Shown: positions 1 through 10,183, counted from the stretch's first letter. The stretch is 64,000 nucleotides of DNA from a virus (IMGVR_UViG_3300032242_001941:32001-96000), one strand, 5' to 3'. Program-made: numbers and translations. The notes: generated from the sequence alone by a model not told the origin.

Positions 1-2
1 CA

Positions 3-2159
3 CAAGAGATTGATGGCATTACACTCAGAGCCATTGTGGATCTTATTGATATAGAATCAAATCCAGACGTTGGGCACACTAATTACCAATATGTAGCAGG
101 CAAGCAACGCTTATCGATGTTGCGTAAAGATGTCTACGGCAACTACGAAGTTCCACACTTGTATGAAATTGTAAAGAAAAACGTGGCCACGGGTCTTTAT
201 ACAGCAGAACTTCTTGAGTGGTACACTGAAGAAGACTGGAACCGAATGAATGAGATGCTGGACCACGACAAGGACGAGTTGTATTCATATGCCGCGATTG
301 AACAACTGATCGAAAAGTATTTGGTACGCAATCGTGCCACAAAGGAAATATATGAAACTCCCCAAATTCGTTATATCATTGCAGCCGCGACTGTGTTCCA
401 TAAGGAAGAACCTAATGCAGCCCGCATGCGTTACATCAAAGAGTATTATAATTGTGCTAGTGATGGCCTGTTTACTCTTGCGACTCCTGTTCTGGCTGGA
501 CTGGGAACACCAACAAAGCAATTTAGCAGTTGTGTGCTTATACGTAGTGATGACAATCTGGATAGTATTTTTGCCTCAGGGGAAATGATGGCCAAGTATG
601 CGGCCAAACGTGCCGGCATTGGGTTAGAGATTGGGCGTTTACGCCCACTTGGTGCTCCCATTCGTGGTGGCGAAGTTATGCACACAGGAATGATTCCATT
701 TTTAAAGAAATGGTTTGGAGATTTAAGAAGTTGTTCACAAGGAGGTATCCGCAATGCAAGTGCTACCGTATTTTATCCTATTTGGCACTATCAGTTTGAT
801 GATCTTATTGTGCTTAAAAATAACCAGGGAACTGAAGAAACACGAGTAAGATTTATGGACTATGGCGTTGTTCTTAATGCCTTATTTTGGCGTCGTTTCA
901 AGAATAAAGAAACGATTACTTTCTTTGATCCTAACGAAGTTCCAGACTTGTATGAAGCTTTTTACAAGAATACTGAATTATTTGAAGAGCTTTATGTAAA
1001 ATATGAAAAGCGTAAGGACTTACGCAAAAAAGTAATGAACGCCGAAGATGTATTCAAAGGCGGCATATTAAAAGAGCGCACTGACACAGGACGTATCTAC
1101 CTTGTGTTTATTGACAATGTTCAGAGTCAAGGTCCATTTGATCCTGAATTCCATACCATTTATCAGAGTAACTTGTGCTGTGAAATTCTATTACCTACTA
1201 AGTCTTTTAAGCGTCTCGATGATGATGCTGGTCGTATTGCGTTATGCACTCTGGGAAGTATTAACTGGGGAGCATTCCGCAATCCTGAAGATATGCGTCG
1301 TGCTTGCCGCATCCTACAGCGTAGTCTTTGTAATATACTTGACTACCAAGATTTTCTTTCTATTCAGTCACAGTTAAGCAATCAGGAAATACAGCCCTTG
1401 GGTATTGGCATTACTAATCTGGCTTATTGGCATGCCAAGCGCGGTCTACAGTACGGCGAGCGAGATGCCTTACAAGAAGTTAAGTCATGGATGGAGCATC
1501 AGGCCTACTACTTGACAGAAGCAACAGTAGAGCTTGCTAAAGAGCGTGGACCCTGTAGTCATAGTGGCCTAACACGTTATGGCCAAGGTAAATTTCCTTG
1601 GGAGCTTCGTGCCCGGGCCGTTGACGAGCTGGCAAACTTTAAACCCGAACTAGATTGGGAAACACTTCGTGAGAAAATGAAAACCTATGGTGTTCGCAAT
1701 GCTACCTTGATGGCTGTAGCGCCTGTTGAAAGTAGTAGTGTTGTAATTAACAGCACCAACGGTATTGAAATGCCCATGAGCCTGATTACCGTTAAAGAAT
1801 CAAAAGCTGGGTCGTTAATTCAAGTTGCACCAGAGTACAACAAGTTAAAGAATAAGTATCAGTTAATGTGGGAACAAAAAGATTGTGATGGTTACATTAA
1901 AACAGCGGCGGTTATCGCGGCTTATGTAGATCAAAGTATTAGTACTAACACGTTTTATAATCCAGCACACTTTAGTGACCGTAAAGTGCCTACTACCCTG
2001 ATTGCCAAGAACTTGATGCAGGCACATCGTTGGGGTCTTAAGACGTTTTATTATAGCCTCATAAACAAGCAAGGCAGTAAAGGTCAAGATGAACCAGAAA
2101 CAAAGCTAGAAGTAGTAGACTTTGATGATCAAGAAGATTGTGAAAGTTGCAAACTTTAA
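3..2159 (+). CDS. nrdA: Ribonucleoside-diphosphate reductase class Ia alpha subunit (5' truncated by window edge)
   Basis: TPTKQFSSCVL, QSNLCCEI and APVESSS motifs, C-terminal CESC; frame is open from base 3. Confidence 0.97.
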   Translation, partial: QEIDGITLRAIVDLIDIESNPDVGHTNYQYVAGKQRLSMLRKDVYGNYEVPHLYEIVKKNVATGLYTAELLEWYTEEDWNRMNEMLDHDKDELYSYAAIEQLIEKYLVRNRATKEIYETPQIRYIIAAATVFHKEEPNAARMRYIKEYYNCASDGLFTLATPVLAGLGTPTKQFSSCVLIRSDDNLDSIFASGEMMAKYAAKRAGIGLEIGRLRPLGAPIRGGEVMHTGMIPFLKKWFGDLRSCSQGGIRNASATVFYPIWHYQFDDLIVLKNNQGTEETRVRFMDYGVVLNALFWRRFKNKETITFFDPNEVPDLYEAFYKNTELFEELYVKYEKRKDLRKKVMNAEDVFKGGILKERTDTGRIYLVFIDNVQSQGPFDPEFHTIYQSNLCCEILLPTKSFKRLDDDAGRIALCTLGSINWGAFRNPEDMRRACRILQRSLCNILDYQDFLSIQSQLSNQEIQPLGIGITNLAYWHAKRGLQYGERDALQEVKSWMEHQAYYLTEATVELAKERGPCSHSGLTRYGQGKFPWELRARAVDELANFKPELDWETLREKMKTYGVRNATLMAVAPVESSSVVINSTNGIEMPMSLITVKESKAGSLIQVAPEYNKLKNKYQLMWEQKDCDGYIKTAAVIAAYVDQSISTNTFYNPAHFSDRKVPTTLIAKNLMQAHRWGLKTFYYSLINKQGSKGQDEPETKLEVVDFDDQEDCESCKL

Positions 2160-2171
2160 TAAAGGAAAAAT

Positions 2172-2510
2172 ATGAAATTCAAATTACTTATTGTGCTGGC
2201 TTTTCTAATCCCAGCATTTGGATTTGCACAGAGCACACAAAACAACGGTAAGGCCGCTGTAAAAGACAATGGCAACACCAGCCTCCGCGGCTCGTATGGC
2301 AATACCGATCTACAAGGCTCCTATGGCAACACTGATATCAAAGGATCCTATGGTAATACTGATCTACAAGGATCATATGGTAATACCGATATCAAGGGCT
2401 CCTATGGCAATACTACTAATACCGTCAGCGTCGGCGGTAATGGAAATAACGGCAATGCACCAACAAAGATAATAATCAATCTTACCATCGAGATGCCGGC
2501 TACCAAATAA
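2172..2510 (+). CDS. Secreted small protein with tandem GSYGNTD(L/I)(Q/K) repeats
   Basis: Sec signal MKFKLLIVLAFLIPAFGFA; AAGGA RBS; repeats conserved at amino-acid level despite synonymous changes. Confidence 0.75.
   Translation: MKFKLLIVLAFLIPAFGFAQSTQNNGKAAVKDNGNTSLRGSYGNTDLQGSYGNTDIKGSYGNTDLQGSYGNTDIKGSYGNTTNTVSVGGNGNNGNAPTKIIINLTIEMPATK
2289..2414 (+). repeat. 27-bp coding tandem repeat (about 4.7 copies)
   Basis: Units GGNTCNTATGGYAAYACYGAT start at 2289, 2316, 2343, 2370 and 2397. Confidence 0.9.
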
Positions 2511-2623
2511 AATCGAAAGAAAACAAAATGATTAAAAATATATTACTGGAGAGTATTAAAAGAAACCGCTATACACAATAGAAATGTATGGAATGATGTA
2601 ACACTAACAAAAGAAGATCGATT

Positions 2624-3724
2624 ATGAGCCAAGCACAATACAACTTAAAAACAAAAACAGACTACCTGCATCGCAAGATGTTCTTGGACCCGGCAGGTCC
2701 TGTTACTATCCAACGCTTTGAAGAAGTCAAATACAACAAGATTGTCAAGTTTGAACAAGAAGCTCGTGGATTCTTCTGGGTACCAGAAGAGATCAGTTTA
2801 ACCAAAGATGCCAACGACTTCAAAGAAGCCACAGATACAGTGCGTCATATCTTTACCAGTAACCTGCTACGCCAAACTGCATTGGACAGTTTACAAGGTC
2901 GTGGTCCCACACAAGTGTTTACACCAGTGTGCTCAATTCCCGAACTTGAATCACTCATGTTCAACTGGGGTTTTTTTGAAACCAATATCCACAGTCGCAG
3001 TTACAGTCATATCATCCGCAATATTTACAACGTGCCCAAGGATGCGTTCAACACAATCCACGACACTAAAGAAATAGTCGAAATGGCATCAACTGTGGGC
3101 AACTACTACGACGAACTACACCGAGTTAACTGCCGTAAAGAATTAGGCGAAACAGTGACCGAGGAAGAACACATCCGTGCTATCTGGATGGCCTTGCATG
3201 CTAGTTATGCACTAGAAGCATTCCGCTTTATGGTTAGCTTTGCTACAAGTCTTGCAATGGTAGAGAATCGTATCTTTATTGGTAACGGCAACATTATCAG
3301 TCTAATCCTGCAGGATGAAATCTTACACAAGGACTGGACCGCCTGGATAATTAACCAAGTGGTCAAGGAAGATTCACGTTTTGCCCAAACTCGTGTTGAT
3401 TGCGAAGCAGAAGTATACGCATTGTATATGGATGTTATTCGTGAAGAAAAACAATGGGCCGATTACCTATTCAACAAAGGACCTGTGATTGGTCTCAATG
3501 CCAACATTCTTAAAGACTTTGTTGACTACACAGCAGTAGGCGCACTCAAAGAAGTGGGTATCAAGTATCAAACTCCTGCTCCTAAGACAACACCTATTCC
3601 ATGGTTCAACAAGCACGTTAACACATCAAACAAACAAACTGCACTGCAAGAGTCTGAATCGACTAATTATGTTATAGGCGCAATGAGTGATTTGTTAGAC
3701 TACGACGCATTACCCGACTTATAA
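2624..3724 (+). CDS. nrdB: Ribonucleotide reductase class Ia beta subunit
   Basis: FFWVPEE, ETNIHSRSY, LEAFRF and QDEILH di-iron motifs; C-terminal QE..STNY. Confidence 0.97.
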   Translation: MSQAQYNLKTKTDYLHRKMFLDPAGPVTIQRFEEVKYNKIVKFEQEARGFFWVPEEISLTKDANDFKEATDTVRHIFTSNLLRQTALDSLQGRGPTQVFTPVCSIPELESLMFNWGFFETNIHSRSYSHIIRNIYNVPKDAFNTIHDTKEIVEMASTVGNYYDELHRVNCRKELGETVTEEEHIRAIWMALHASYALEAFRFMVSFATSLAMVENRIFIGNGNIISLILQDEILHKDWTAWIINQVVKEDSRFAQTRVDCEAEVYALYMDVIREEKQWADYLFNKGPVIGLNANILKDFVDYTAVGALKEVGIKYQTPAPKTTPIPWFNKHVNTSNKQTALQESESTNYVIGAMSDLLDYDALPDL

Positions 3725-3741
3725 TAATAAAGGAAACTAGA

Positions 3742-3969
3742 ATGACTAAAGCTGTAGTATGGAGCAAAGACTCCTGCCCATTTTGCGTTCAAGCAAAGGC
3801 GTTATTAAAACAAAAGGGTATTGAATTTGAAGAACGCAATATTAATACCGACTGGACCCGAGAGCAGTTATTAGAAGCAGTACCCAACGCAAGAACATTG
3901 CCGCAGATATTTTTAGACGATAAATTAGTAGGCGGATTTACAGAACTCCGTAAACATTTACAAGGATAA
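3742..3969 (+). CDS. Glutaredoxin
   Basis: CPFC, TLPQIF and VGGF motifs; directly after nrdB. Confidence 0.93.
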   Translation: MTKAVVWSKDSCPFCVQAKALLKQKGIEFEERNINTDWTREQLLEAVPNARTLPQIFLDDKLVGGFTELRKHLQG

Positions 3970-3970
3970 T

Positions 3971-4273
3971 ATGAATATTGAATTAGATGAAGTTTACACA
4001 CTTAAAATTTCCAATGGTGACGAAATTGTAGCCAGAATTACCGCAGAAGATGACACAACCTACACAGTAACCAAGCCATTAACAGTTGTTCCAGGACCAC
4101 AAGGAATTAATATGATGAACAGTTTGTTTACCGCAAATCCTGACAAAAATGTGACTATAAATAAACAACAAGTGTCAATTATTGCACCTAGTCGCGATGA
4201 AGTGTGTGATAGTTATATTGAAGCTACCACTGGTATAAAGCCAGTGCGTAACAGTAAAATTTTAATGGGCTAA
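3971..4273 (+). CDS. Sm-like fold phage protein
   Basis: TLKISNGDEIVAR N-terminus and Y..ATTGI C-terminus typical of T4-like Sm-fold proteins. Confidence 0.55.
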   Translation: MNIELDEVYTLKISNGDEIVARITAEDDTTYTVTKPLTVVPGPQGINMMNSLFTANPDKNVTINKQQVSIIAPSRDEVCDSYIEATTGIKPVRNSKILMG

Positions 4274-4274
4274 A

Positions 4275-4565
4275 ATGGGTAAAGCAGTACAGCGTGTAGG
4301 TGATCCAAATACAGCAGGCGGTGTCATTCAAAACGGTGACCCCTCGGTATTGGTCAACGGACGTGCTGTAGCAATTCGAGGTGTATCAGTGAGTCCTCAT
4401 CCGTGTTGCGGAAGAAGGGGTTGTCCGCCAATACATTGTAATGCTAGAACACAAACTAATGAATCTACTGTATTTGTTAACGGTATTCCCTTGATTTTTA
4501 CCGATGACATCGACACCTGCGGGCATCCAAGAGCTGGCGGCAGTCCAGATGTGGTTATAGGATAA
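4275..4565 (+). CDS. PAAR-domain baseplate spike tip protein
   Basis: RVGD, VLVNGRAVA, VFVNGIP, DIDTCGH and GSPDV motifs. Confidence 0.9.
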   Translation: MGKAVQRVGDPNTAGGVIQNGDPSVLVNGRAVAIRGVSVSPHPCCGRRGCPPIHCNARTQTNESTVFVNGIPLIFTDDIDTCGHPRAGGSPDVVIG

Positions 4566-4567
4566 CC

Positions 4568-5662
4568 ATGGCACATACTTCAACTTGCGGCGCACCGCCG
4601 CCATCATCAAGTAGCTTTTTAACACCGCTACAACTTAACGCAGCCGCCGGATTGTTACAGAATCGCGGTCTTAATGTCAACGCAGAATTTGTTGCGGCAT
4701 TGGATGCTTACAATAATCTTCCTTTGATAACGTATTGGACCGAGGTAATTCTCAGCGACGGCGGCGCAAATGTTTCCCCTGCTAGCATTACCACAGTGTT
4801 TACCTTGGGCGCCGATGTGTGTGCGCCACTAAGTGACTCGGTACCGTCAGCGCCTACTGCATATCCTACATTAAGTAGTTCGTATGCACCATGGCTTGGA
4901 ATCTATTCTTCACAGAGTGGCGCACCGTGGCCAAACTCGCAAAATTCAGATCCGCGCCCACATCCGGGCTTTTCAGGGTTGTTATCTAAGGTAGCGTGGT
5001 TATACCTAGGCATGGGAGATCTAACAAAATTTGCACAAGTGTTGGCAATATGTAATAGCTTTGAAACACAGACAAATATATTTGTAAACACCGCTGTAAA
5101 TTCACAAAATTATCTTGGAAACACATTCACCAATACAAACAGTATGATCACTGGTGAAAATACTACAATAAATCTGGCAACAGAAGCGTTCGGTACAGAT
5201 TTGGCAAATACTGGATCAGTCATTGATTTAAATGATTTAGGTAATTTAGGAAGTCCGCTAGCATTAATGCGACAAATTTATAAACATACCAATGGCATCT
5301 TTATAAGTCCAGCAGTATCTTTAGCATTTATCAATGTCGGGATTTCTCAAGAAGTAGTCATAAATTTACAAGATCCTAACTATACTATAACCGACTCAAT
5401 ACAAAAATTGATGTATCGGGCCATGACACAAATTACTGGAGATGACCTTGCACAAGTTTTACGTGCAATGAGTGTAACCACTGTAGGAATTGAAACCATG
5501 GCTGATTTATTGAATCCTGTAAAATTATTTCCAAATAGTTTTCAAAGTTTAACCGTTCCCACTGCCAATGGCCCCATGGCAATATATACCAATGCCAGCG
5601 GATCAGTAAACACCGGTTTGAAAACTGAGTTACCACCCTATGCTATAAGTAGTCTTGTATGA
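4568..5662 (+). CDS. Putative virion/baseplate-associated protein
   Basis: 364-aa ORF coupled to the PAAR gene; rich in Asn/Thr/Ser; no catalytic motif recognised. Confidence 0.55.
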   Translation: MAHTSTCGAPPPSSSSFLTPLQLNAAAGLLQNRGLNVNAEFVAALDAYNNLPLITYWTEVILSDGGANVSPASITTVFTLGADVCAPLSDSVPSAPTAYPTLSSSYAPWLGIYSSQSGAPWPNSQNSDPRPHPGFSGLLSKVAWLYLGMGDLTKFAQVLAICNSFETQTNIFVNTAVNSQNYLGNTFTNTNSMITGENTTINLATEAFGTDLANTGSVIDLNDLGNLGSPLALMRQIYKHTNGIFISPAVSLAFINVGISQEVVINLQDPNYTITDSIQKLMYRAMTQITGDDLAQVLRAMSVTTVGIETMADLLNPVKLFPNSFQSLTVPTANGPMAIYTNASGSVNTGLKTELPPYAISSLV

Positions 5663-8088
5663 TTGCACTAGATAGACTACAACAAATAATCCCAGCTGAT
5701 CAGGCCCTGGCCAACAAGGCATTGTCGGTCAGTTTACAAGGACTTTCGGGACACAGTACCACGACTTCACCAAGTTTGGCCACAGCAATACCCAATCAGG
5801 AAACCACCAAAAATCTTCCACTCATGTCGGCACTGACAGTAGCAGTTCCATCCAGCGTGGCCGACTACTTGGTCAATACCTATCCAGAAGGAACAGGTCA
5901 ATACAATACATTATTAATAATTGATCTATTAGGAACTCCTAGCGGACAACGAACACCGATACCCAAATTACTTGATACTGTAGCAACAATAAATGCAATG
6001 GGCGTTGAGACATTAACCGAAATATACAGTCGAATGATCAACGACATCAATGGTGTGTATAATGTAGAAATTCCAGCAGTTCCAGCGGATCCGACCACAG
6101 GCGATCCCGGAAGCCCTGCAATATTTTATGTAGATGTTCCAGGTGGCCCGGCTGCAGGAATTTACCCAACCCAACAAGCGGCGTTCAACGAGTTGATTGC
6201 AGTTGGCCGAGCTGAAATATTGAGATTATCAGCCACAAGCGCAGGACAACAAGCGCATCAAGATTTTATCGACATATCCAATCAATTAATAAAAGAACAG
6301 TATCAACAGTCCAGAGCTTTTGTAGATTTTAGATATCTTCAGGCCAATGATAAAATGTCAATATACGGATTTGTTTATAGTTTGCCTCAGTATGGATTAG
6401 ACACTATACAATATGATGTAGCATGGTATTTAGAACAGTTATCTGTTCTTTCTATAGCACCCGATCAATTTACCGCACAGGCAGTTCTTGCCTGTATGCG
6501 CGAAGGTCGAAACAATGCTACACTCAGTAAGGCCGGAATTGGTACCAACAGTAGTATTCCAAGTGTACCCACACCCACACCGCCTCAGGCAACCTTACTG
6601 CCCTCAAAATACACAGCTGGTGAAGCTGCAAGTTTATTAAATGTATCTGGATCTTCAAACACATCGGCGACCACATGGGTAAGTCCACCTGATGATTCAA
6701 GTATTGGAACATTTGCTATTAGTGTACCAATTGCTCCAGTTCAGCTAACAGCCACAGCGCCCGATGGCAATGTGCGTTATACCGTATCAAGTGGCTCGTT
6801 GCCGACCGGATTAACACTTGGATTGACCACAGGTCTAATCACAGGCACCCCAACTTCTTTAGGCACAGCGGTTCCTTTTGTGGTTGTTGCAAGCTCACTT
6901 TCTAGTCAAGATTCATCTCGTCGGTTCACTTGGACAGTCAATCCTTACACAATTACATGGACAAGTCCATCGCCCAATTCGAGTATTGGAACATTCAATC
7001 AAGATTCCCCAATTACTCCAGTTCAGTTAACAGCCACATCACCTGATGGAAATATTTTGTACAGTATAACCAGTGGGTATCTGCCCACCGGATTAGTACT
7101 TGGGACCACCACAGGACAGATCACAGGCACACCAACTTATCTTGGAACTAATATTAACTTTACGGTTAGTGCAAAATCATATTCTGGAGTAGGTACTCCA
7201 GTGACACGTACATTTAATTGGTCAGTAGTTCCTGTGACCACATGGGCAAGCCCGCCTGATGGTTCAAGTATCGGAACATTCAATCAAAATTCTGCAATTA
7301 CTCCAGTTCAGCTAACAGCCACAGCAACAAGTGGAACAGTACAGTACACCATAACCAGTGGATCCTTACCAACCGGATTAACACTTGGGTTGACCACAGG
7401 ACAGATCACAGGCACACCAACTCAACTTGGAACCAACACCAGCTTTACAGTTCGTGCCGTTTCAAGTTTTGGCGGAGTACCGGTGACTCGGACATACAAT
7501 TGGACAGTAGTTCCAGTGACCACATGGGCAAGTCCGCCCAACGGTTCAAGTATTGGAACATTTACTACCAATACAACAATTACTCCAGTCCAGTTAACAG
7601 CCACAACCACTGGTGGAACAGTACAGTACACCATAACCGGTGGATCTTTACCAACAGGATTGACACTTGGAACCACCACTGGACAAATTACAGGCACCCC
7701 GACGGAGGTCGGCACCGCCGTCGACTTTACTGTTAGTGCAGTATCAGATTTAGGTGGAGCACCGGTGACTCGGTCATTTAAATGGACTGTGTTGCCTGTT
7801 ACAACATGGGCAAGTCCAACAGCTGGCTCAAGCATTGGAACATTCAAACGAAACGTAGCAATCACTCCAGTTCAATTAACAGCCACAACCACAGGTGGAA
7901 CCGTACAATATACTCTAACAAATTTCAGTGGATCGTTACCTGCCGGACTAACACTTGGATTGACTACAGGTCAAATCACAGGCACACCGACTCAACTTGG
8001 CTTTAATGTTAGTTTCACTGTCAGCGCGGTATCAAGTGCAGGCGGCACAGCAGAAACTCGTTCATTTACCTGGACTGTTACTGTTTAA
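5659..8088 (+). CDS. Putative virion protein with five C-terminal putative Ig (He_PIG-like) domains
   Basis: Five copies of GSLPTGLTL..TTG.ITGTPT. Confidence 0.8.
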   Translation: MIALDRLQQIIPADQALANKALSVSLQGLSGHSTTTSPSLATAIPNQETTKNLPLMSALTVAVPSSVADYLVNTYPEGTGQYNTLLIIDLLGTPSGQRTPIPKLLDTVATINAMGVETLTEIYSRMINDINGVYNVEIPAVPADPTTGDPGSPAIFYVDVPGGPAAGIYPTQQAAFNELIAVGRAEILRLSATSAGQQAHQDFIDISNQLIKEQYQQSRAFVDFRYLQANDKMSIYGFVYSLPQYGLDTIQYDVAWYLEQLSVLSIAPDQFTAQAVLACMREGRNNATLSKAGIGTNSSIPSVPTPTPPQATLLPSKYTAGEAASLLNVSGSSNTSATTWVSPPDDSSIGTFAISVPIAPVQLTATAPDGNVRYTVSSGSLPTGLTLGLTTGLITGTPTSLGTAVPFVVVASSLSSQDSSRRFTWTVNPYTITWTSPSPNSSIGTFNQDSPITPVQLTATSPDGNILYSITSGYLPTGLVLGTTTGQITGTPTYLGTNINFTVSAKSYSGVGTPVTRTFNWSVVPVTTWASPPDGSSIGTFNQNSAITPVQLTATATSGTVQYTITSGSLPTGLTLGLTTGQITGTPTQLGTNTSFTVRAVSSFGGVPVTRTYNWTVVPVTTWASPPNGSSIGTFTTNTTITPVQLTATTTGGTVQYTITGGSLPTGLTLGTTTGQITGTPTEVGTAVDFTVSAVSDLGGAPVTRSFKWTVLPVTTWASPTAGSSIGTFKRNVAITPVQLTATTTGGTVQYTLTNFSGSLPAGLTLGLTTGQITGTPTQLGFNVSFTVSAVSSAGGTAETRSFTWTVTV
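6670..8085 (+). repeat. Five tandem 282-285 bp Ig-domain coding repeats
   Basis: TTW.SP...SSIGTF units begin at about 6670, 6952, 7237, 7519 and 7801. Confidence 0.9.
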
Positions 8089-8101
8089 TTAAAGTTTAGT
8101 T

Positions 8102-8186
8102 TGTTGTAAAAACGCCACATCCAAAAGGTTGACCCAAAATGGCTCTTTTGTTATACTAGCATTATAGTGATAATAACGGAGCGGAT
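8102..8186 (+). promoter_or_regulatory. Conserved early promoter cassette (sigma70 -35/-10, RBS) with upstream 18-bp box
   Basis: TTGACC(8129)-17bp-TATACT(8152); GGAG; TGTTGTAAAAACGCCACA at 8102. Confidence 0.85.
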
Positions 8187-8456
8187 ATGTTTGAAACAGT
8201 TGTAGACCAATTAGTTAAAGTTACTCTTACTAATGAACCAGTTAAAACTGAGTTCTATAACGGCACCTTGTTTGTCCGTAAAATCACCGAAAGTCAAGCT
8301 CGTAGCGTGTTCCACAGACTGTCAGCTACCTTGGGTGCAGGCACAGTCCAAGTAAGCCCAATCGGTGATACTGGTGAATATGCCTTTGATTTTGTTGCAA
8401 AAACCCCACAGTCAGAACCTGAAGATTTTAGCCCGTTTGCCACTGTAAACAGCTAG
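8187..8456 (+). CDS. Hypothetical early protein
   Basis: Follows promoter and RBS. Confidence 0.7.
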   Translation: MFETVVDQLVKVTLTNEPVKTEFYNGTLFVRKITESQARSVFHRLSATLGAGTVQVSPIGDTGEYAFDFVAKTPQSEPEDFSPFATVNS

Positions 8457-8515
8457 GTTGACTCAAAATGCCCGATTTGTTATAATAGTTGTATAGTTAA
8501 TAATAAGGAGCAGAC
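8456..8515 (+). promoter_or_regulatory. Conserved early promoter cassette
   Basis: TTGACT(8458)-17bp-TATAAT(8481)-AGTTGTATAG...AAGGAG. Confidence 0.88.
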
Positions 8516-8908
8516 ATGAAACTAGTAATCCAAACTCAAAATCAAGAGAACTACGGTGCCCATGATTGGGACGGTACAGGTGCCTGTCCTCAGCATTGGA
8601 AGTTTAAAGGCGGCTCCGAATTTATGATCGAAGGTGTTCCTGCCGGTGTGGACCTTGACCAAGTTGTTGACTTGGTTCGCGGCGAAATTGTCGAAGACGG
8701 TGAATACTATCGTGTTGACATTGTGGGCTACGGTCTAGAAGCAGATGACTACCTAAGCTGGTTTGAGAAGAGTCAACTGGAATATGATGGTAGTATTGCT
8801 CACCCAGAGCCAAGATTTCAGTACAGCGATCTTAAGGCAGTATATGATCGTGAATATTCCGAGTGGGCCGCTGATGCCGATGCACAGGCCTATGGGGAGA
8901 TGGCGTAA
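8516..8908 (+). CDS. Conserved phage hypothetical protein (ENYGAHDW...WKFKGG family)
   Basis: Strong RBS; motif typical of T4-like phage early hypothetical proteins. Confidence 0.7.
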   Translation: MKLVIQTQNQENYGAHDWDGTGACPQHWKFKGGSEFMIEGVPAGVDLDQVVDLVRGEIVEDGEYYRVDIVGYGLEADDYLSWFEKSQLEYDGSIAHPEPRFQYSDLKAVYDREYSEWAADADAQAYGEMA

Positions 8909-9227
8909 TGGGTTTTTATAAAAATATTGAAGTAGAAATCCAAGAATGGCAAGCTCGTGGCCGTAGCATTGAAGAGACCTACATCTACTTCAAAGACTAT
9001 GCAACCTATGATGATGTAGTGCGTATTTTTGCTAAGGAAACTGTATAATGGAAAAGAAATCTTTGTTCAACATTCGTTATACTATCAAGCCCGAAGATAT
9101 AATGCCCTTTGTGTCGGGCCTACACCAAGTACAGGCCGACATGATTGAGACTGTGGTTGTTCGTAAAGAACGTGAAGGTTTTCCAGAAGCTTCTGCAGTG
9201 ATTCAGTATATCATGGAGCTAAAGTGA
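8908..9227 (+). CDS. Two small coupled hypothetical ORFs (8908-9048 MGFYKNIEV..., 9048-9227 MEKKSLF...)
   Basis: TAATG stop/start overlaps read from the sequence; both are below the ORF track cutoff. Confidence 0.6.
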
Positions 9228-9356
9228 AACAACCATCTTTTCGTCGGTGGTGTCAAGAAAAATGGTTTGAGCACAAGGATGAGCTTGAGTCCTATGGTCA
9301 GCCATTGGATCATACTGCCCAACAATATTTTGAACGATATAAATTTTGGTTAAAAC

Positions 9357-9641
9357 GTGAATATCGCCATCAGCAAACTAACTAAGGCCATTGCCGTTGG
9401 TCTTATATTAACCGGGTGCGCTACCAAGCCGCCCGCAACCGTTGACCGTGCGGATATGGTCAGTTGGAAAAACGATTGCGGGCGAGCTCAACAACAGGTT
9501 GAATACTTGCAGTCCAAAATTGATGCTTATCGCGAATACTACAAGGATCATCCTATTACCATAGACGATCGTCGCTACATGGGTCAACTTAAAAATAACA
9601 TTTGGTCCTTAAGGTCATCATGCTCCGGTCTACAGCAATAA
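9357..9641 (+). CDS. Putative lipoprotein
   Basis: Hydrophobic stretch plus lipobox ILTG-C. Confidence 0.65.
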   Translation: MNIAISKLTKAIAVGLILTGCATKPPATVDRADMVSWKNDCGRAQQQVEYLQSKIDAYREYYKDHPITIDDRRYMGQLKNNIWSLRSSCSGLQQ

Positions 9642-10183
9642 TTCTAGCCTTGGTTGCTCCGGGTCTAGCACAGGCTGATTGCTATGTGCGTTCAGCCATG
9701 ACCAGCCAAACTCGTGCCAGCATAACCAATATCACCGACGTGCAACCCTTGGTAGTGCCCATAAATTACACACAAAATAAATGTTTTGTTACCTACAGAG
9801 CTCAGGTCAATAATGAGTGGGTCACTGTAGAAGGCACCAGCGTAGGACCAAAAACTCAGAGTGAGGAAGAGCTGTGTCGCGGTGCCATGGATCAAGGTCG
9901 TACTCAAATACTCAGCAGGGCCAATGGCGCAAACATGTCAGTAGAGACCAACATGGTCTGTGATGACCGCCCTGAAATCCGTGTTCGAAATGTTAGTATA
10001 GGGGAATTAGTACGCGAAAGCGAAGTGCGTCCGCACCCAAACTTCCCCAAACCATTTCGGTATAGAACCGCCCAGTGTCGTTGGTTTATTGAACCAGAAC
10101 CGCGTAATGCAGATCTGCTACAACGGCAAGGTATTATTTGTCTTTCGCATGGATCAACTTGGCGGGTGATTGACAAATGGTAG
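9620..10183 (+). CDS. Exported Cys-rich protein
   Basis: Signal peptide MLRSTAIILALVAPGLAQA; six Cys. Confidence 0.65.
   Translation: MLRSTAIILALVAPGLAQADCYVRSAMTSQTRASITNITDVQPLVVPINYTQNKCFVTYRAQVNNEWVTVEGTSVGPKTQSEEELCRGAMDQGRTQILSRANGANMSVETNMVCDDRPEIRVRNVSIGELVRESEVRPHPNFPKPFRYRTAQCRWFIEPEPRNADLLQRQGIICLSHGSTWRVIDKW

Noticed and set aside
2289-2414. 27-bp repeats as a possible CRISPR array
   Set aside because: No spacers; the repeats are in-frame and vary at synonymous positions.
1-3724. Intron or intein in nrdA/nrdB
   Set aside because: Both read continuously at normal length within the window; the insert lies between the genes.
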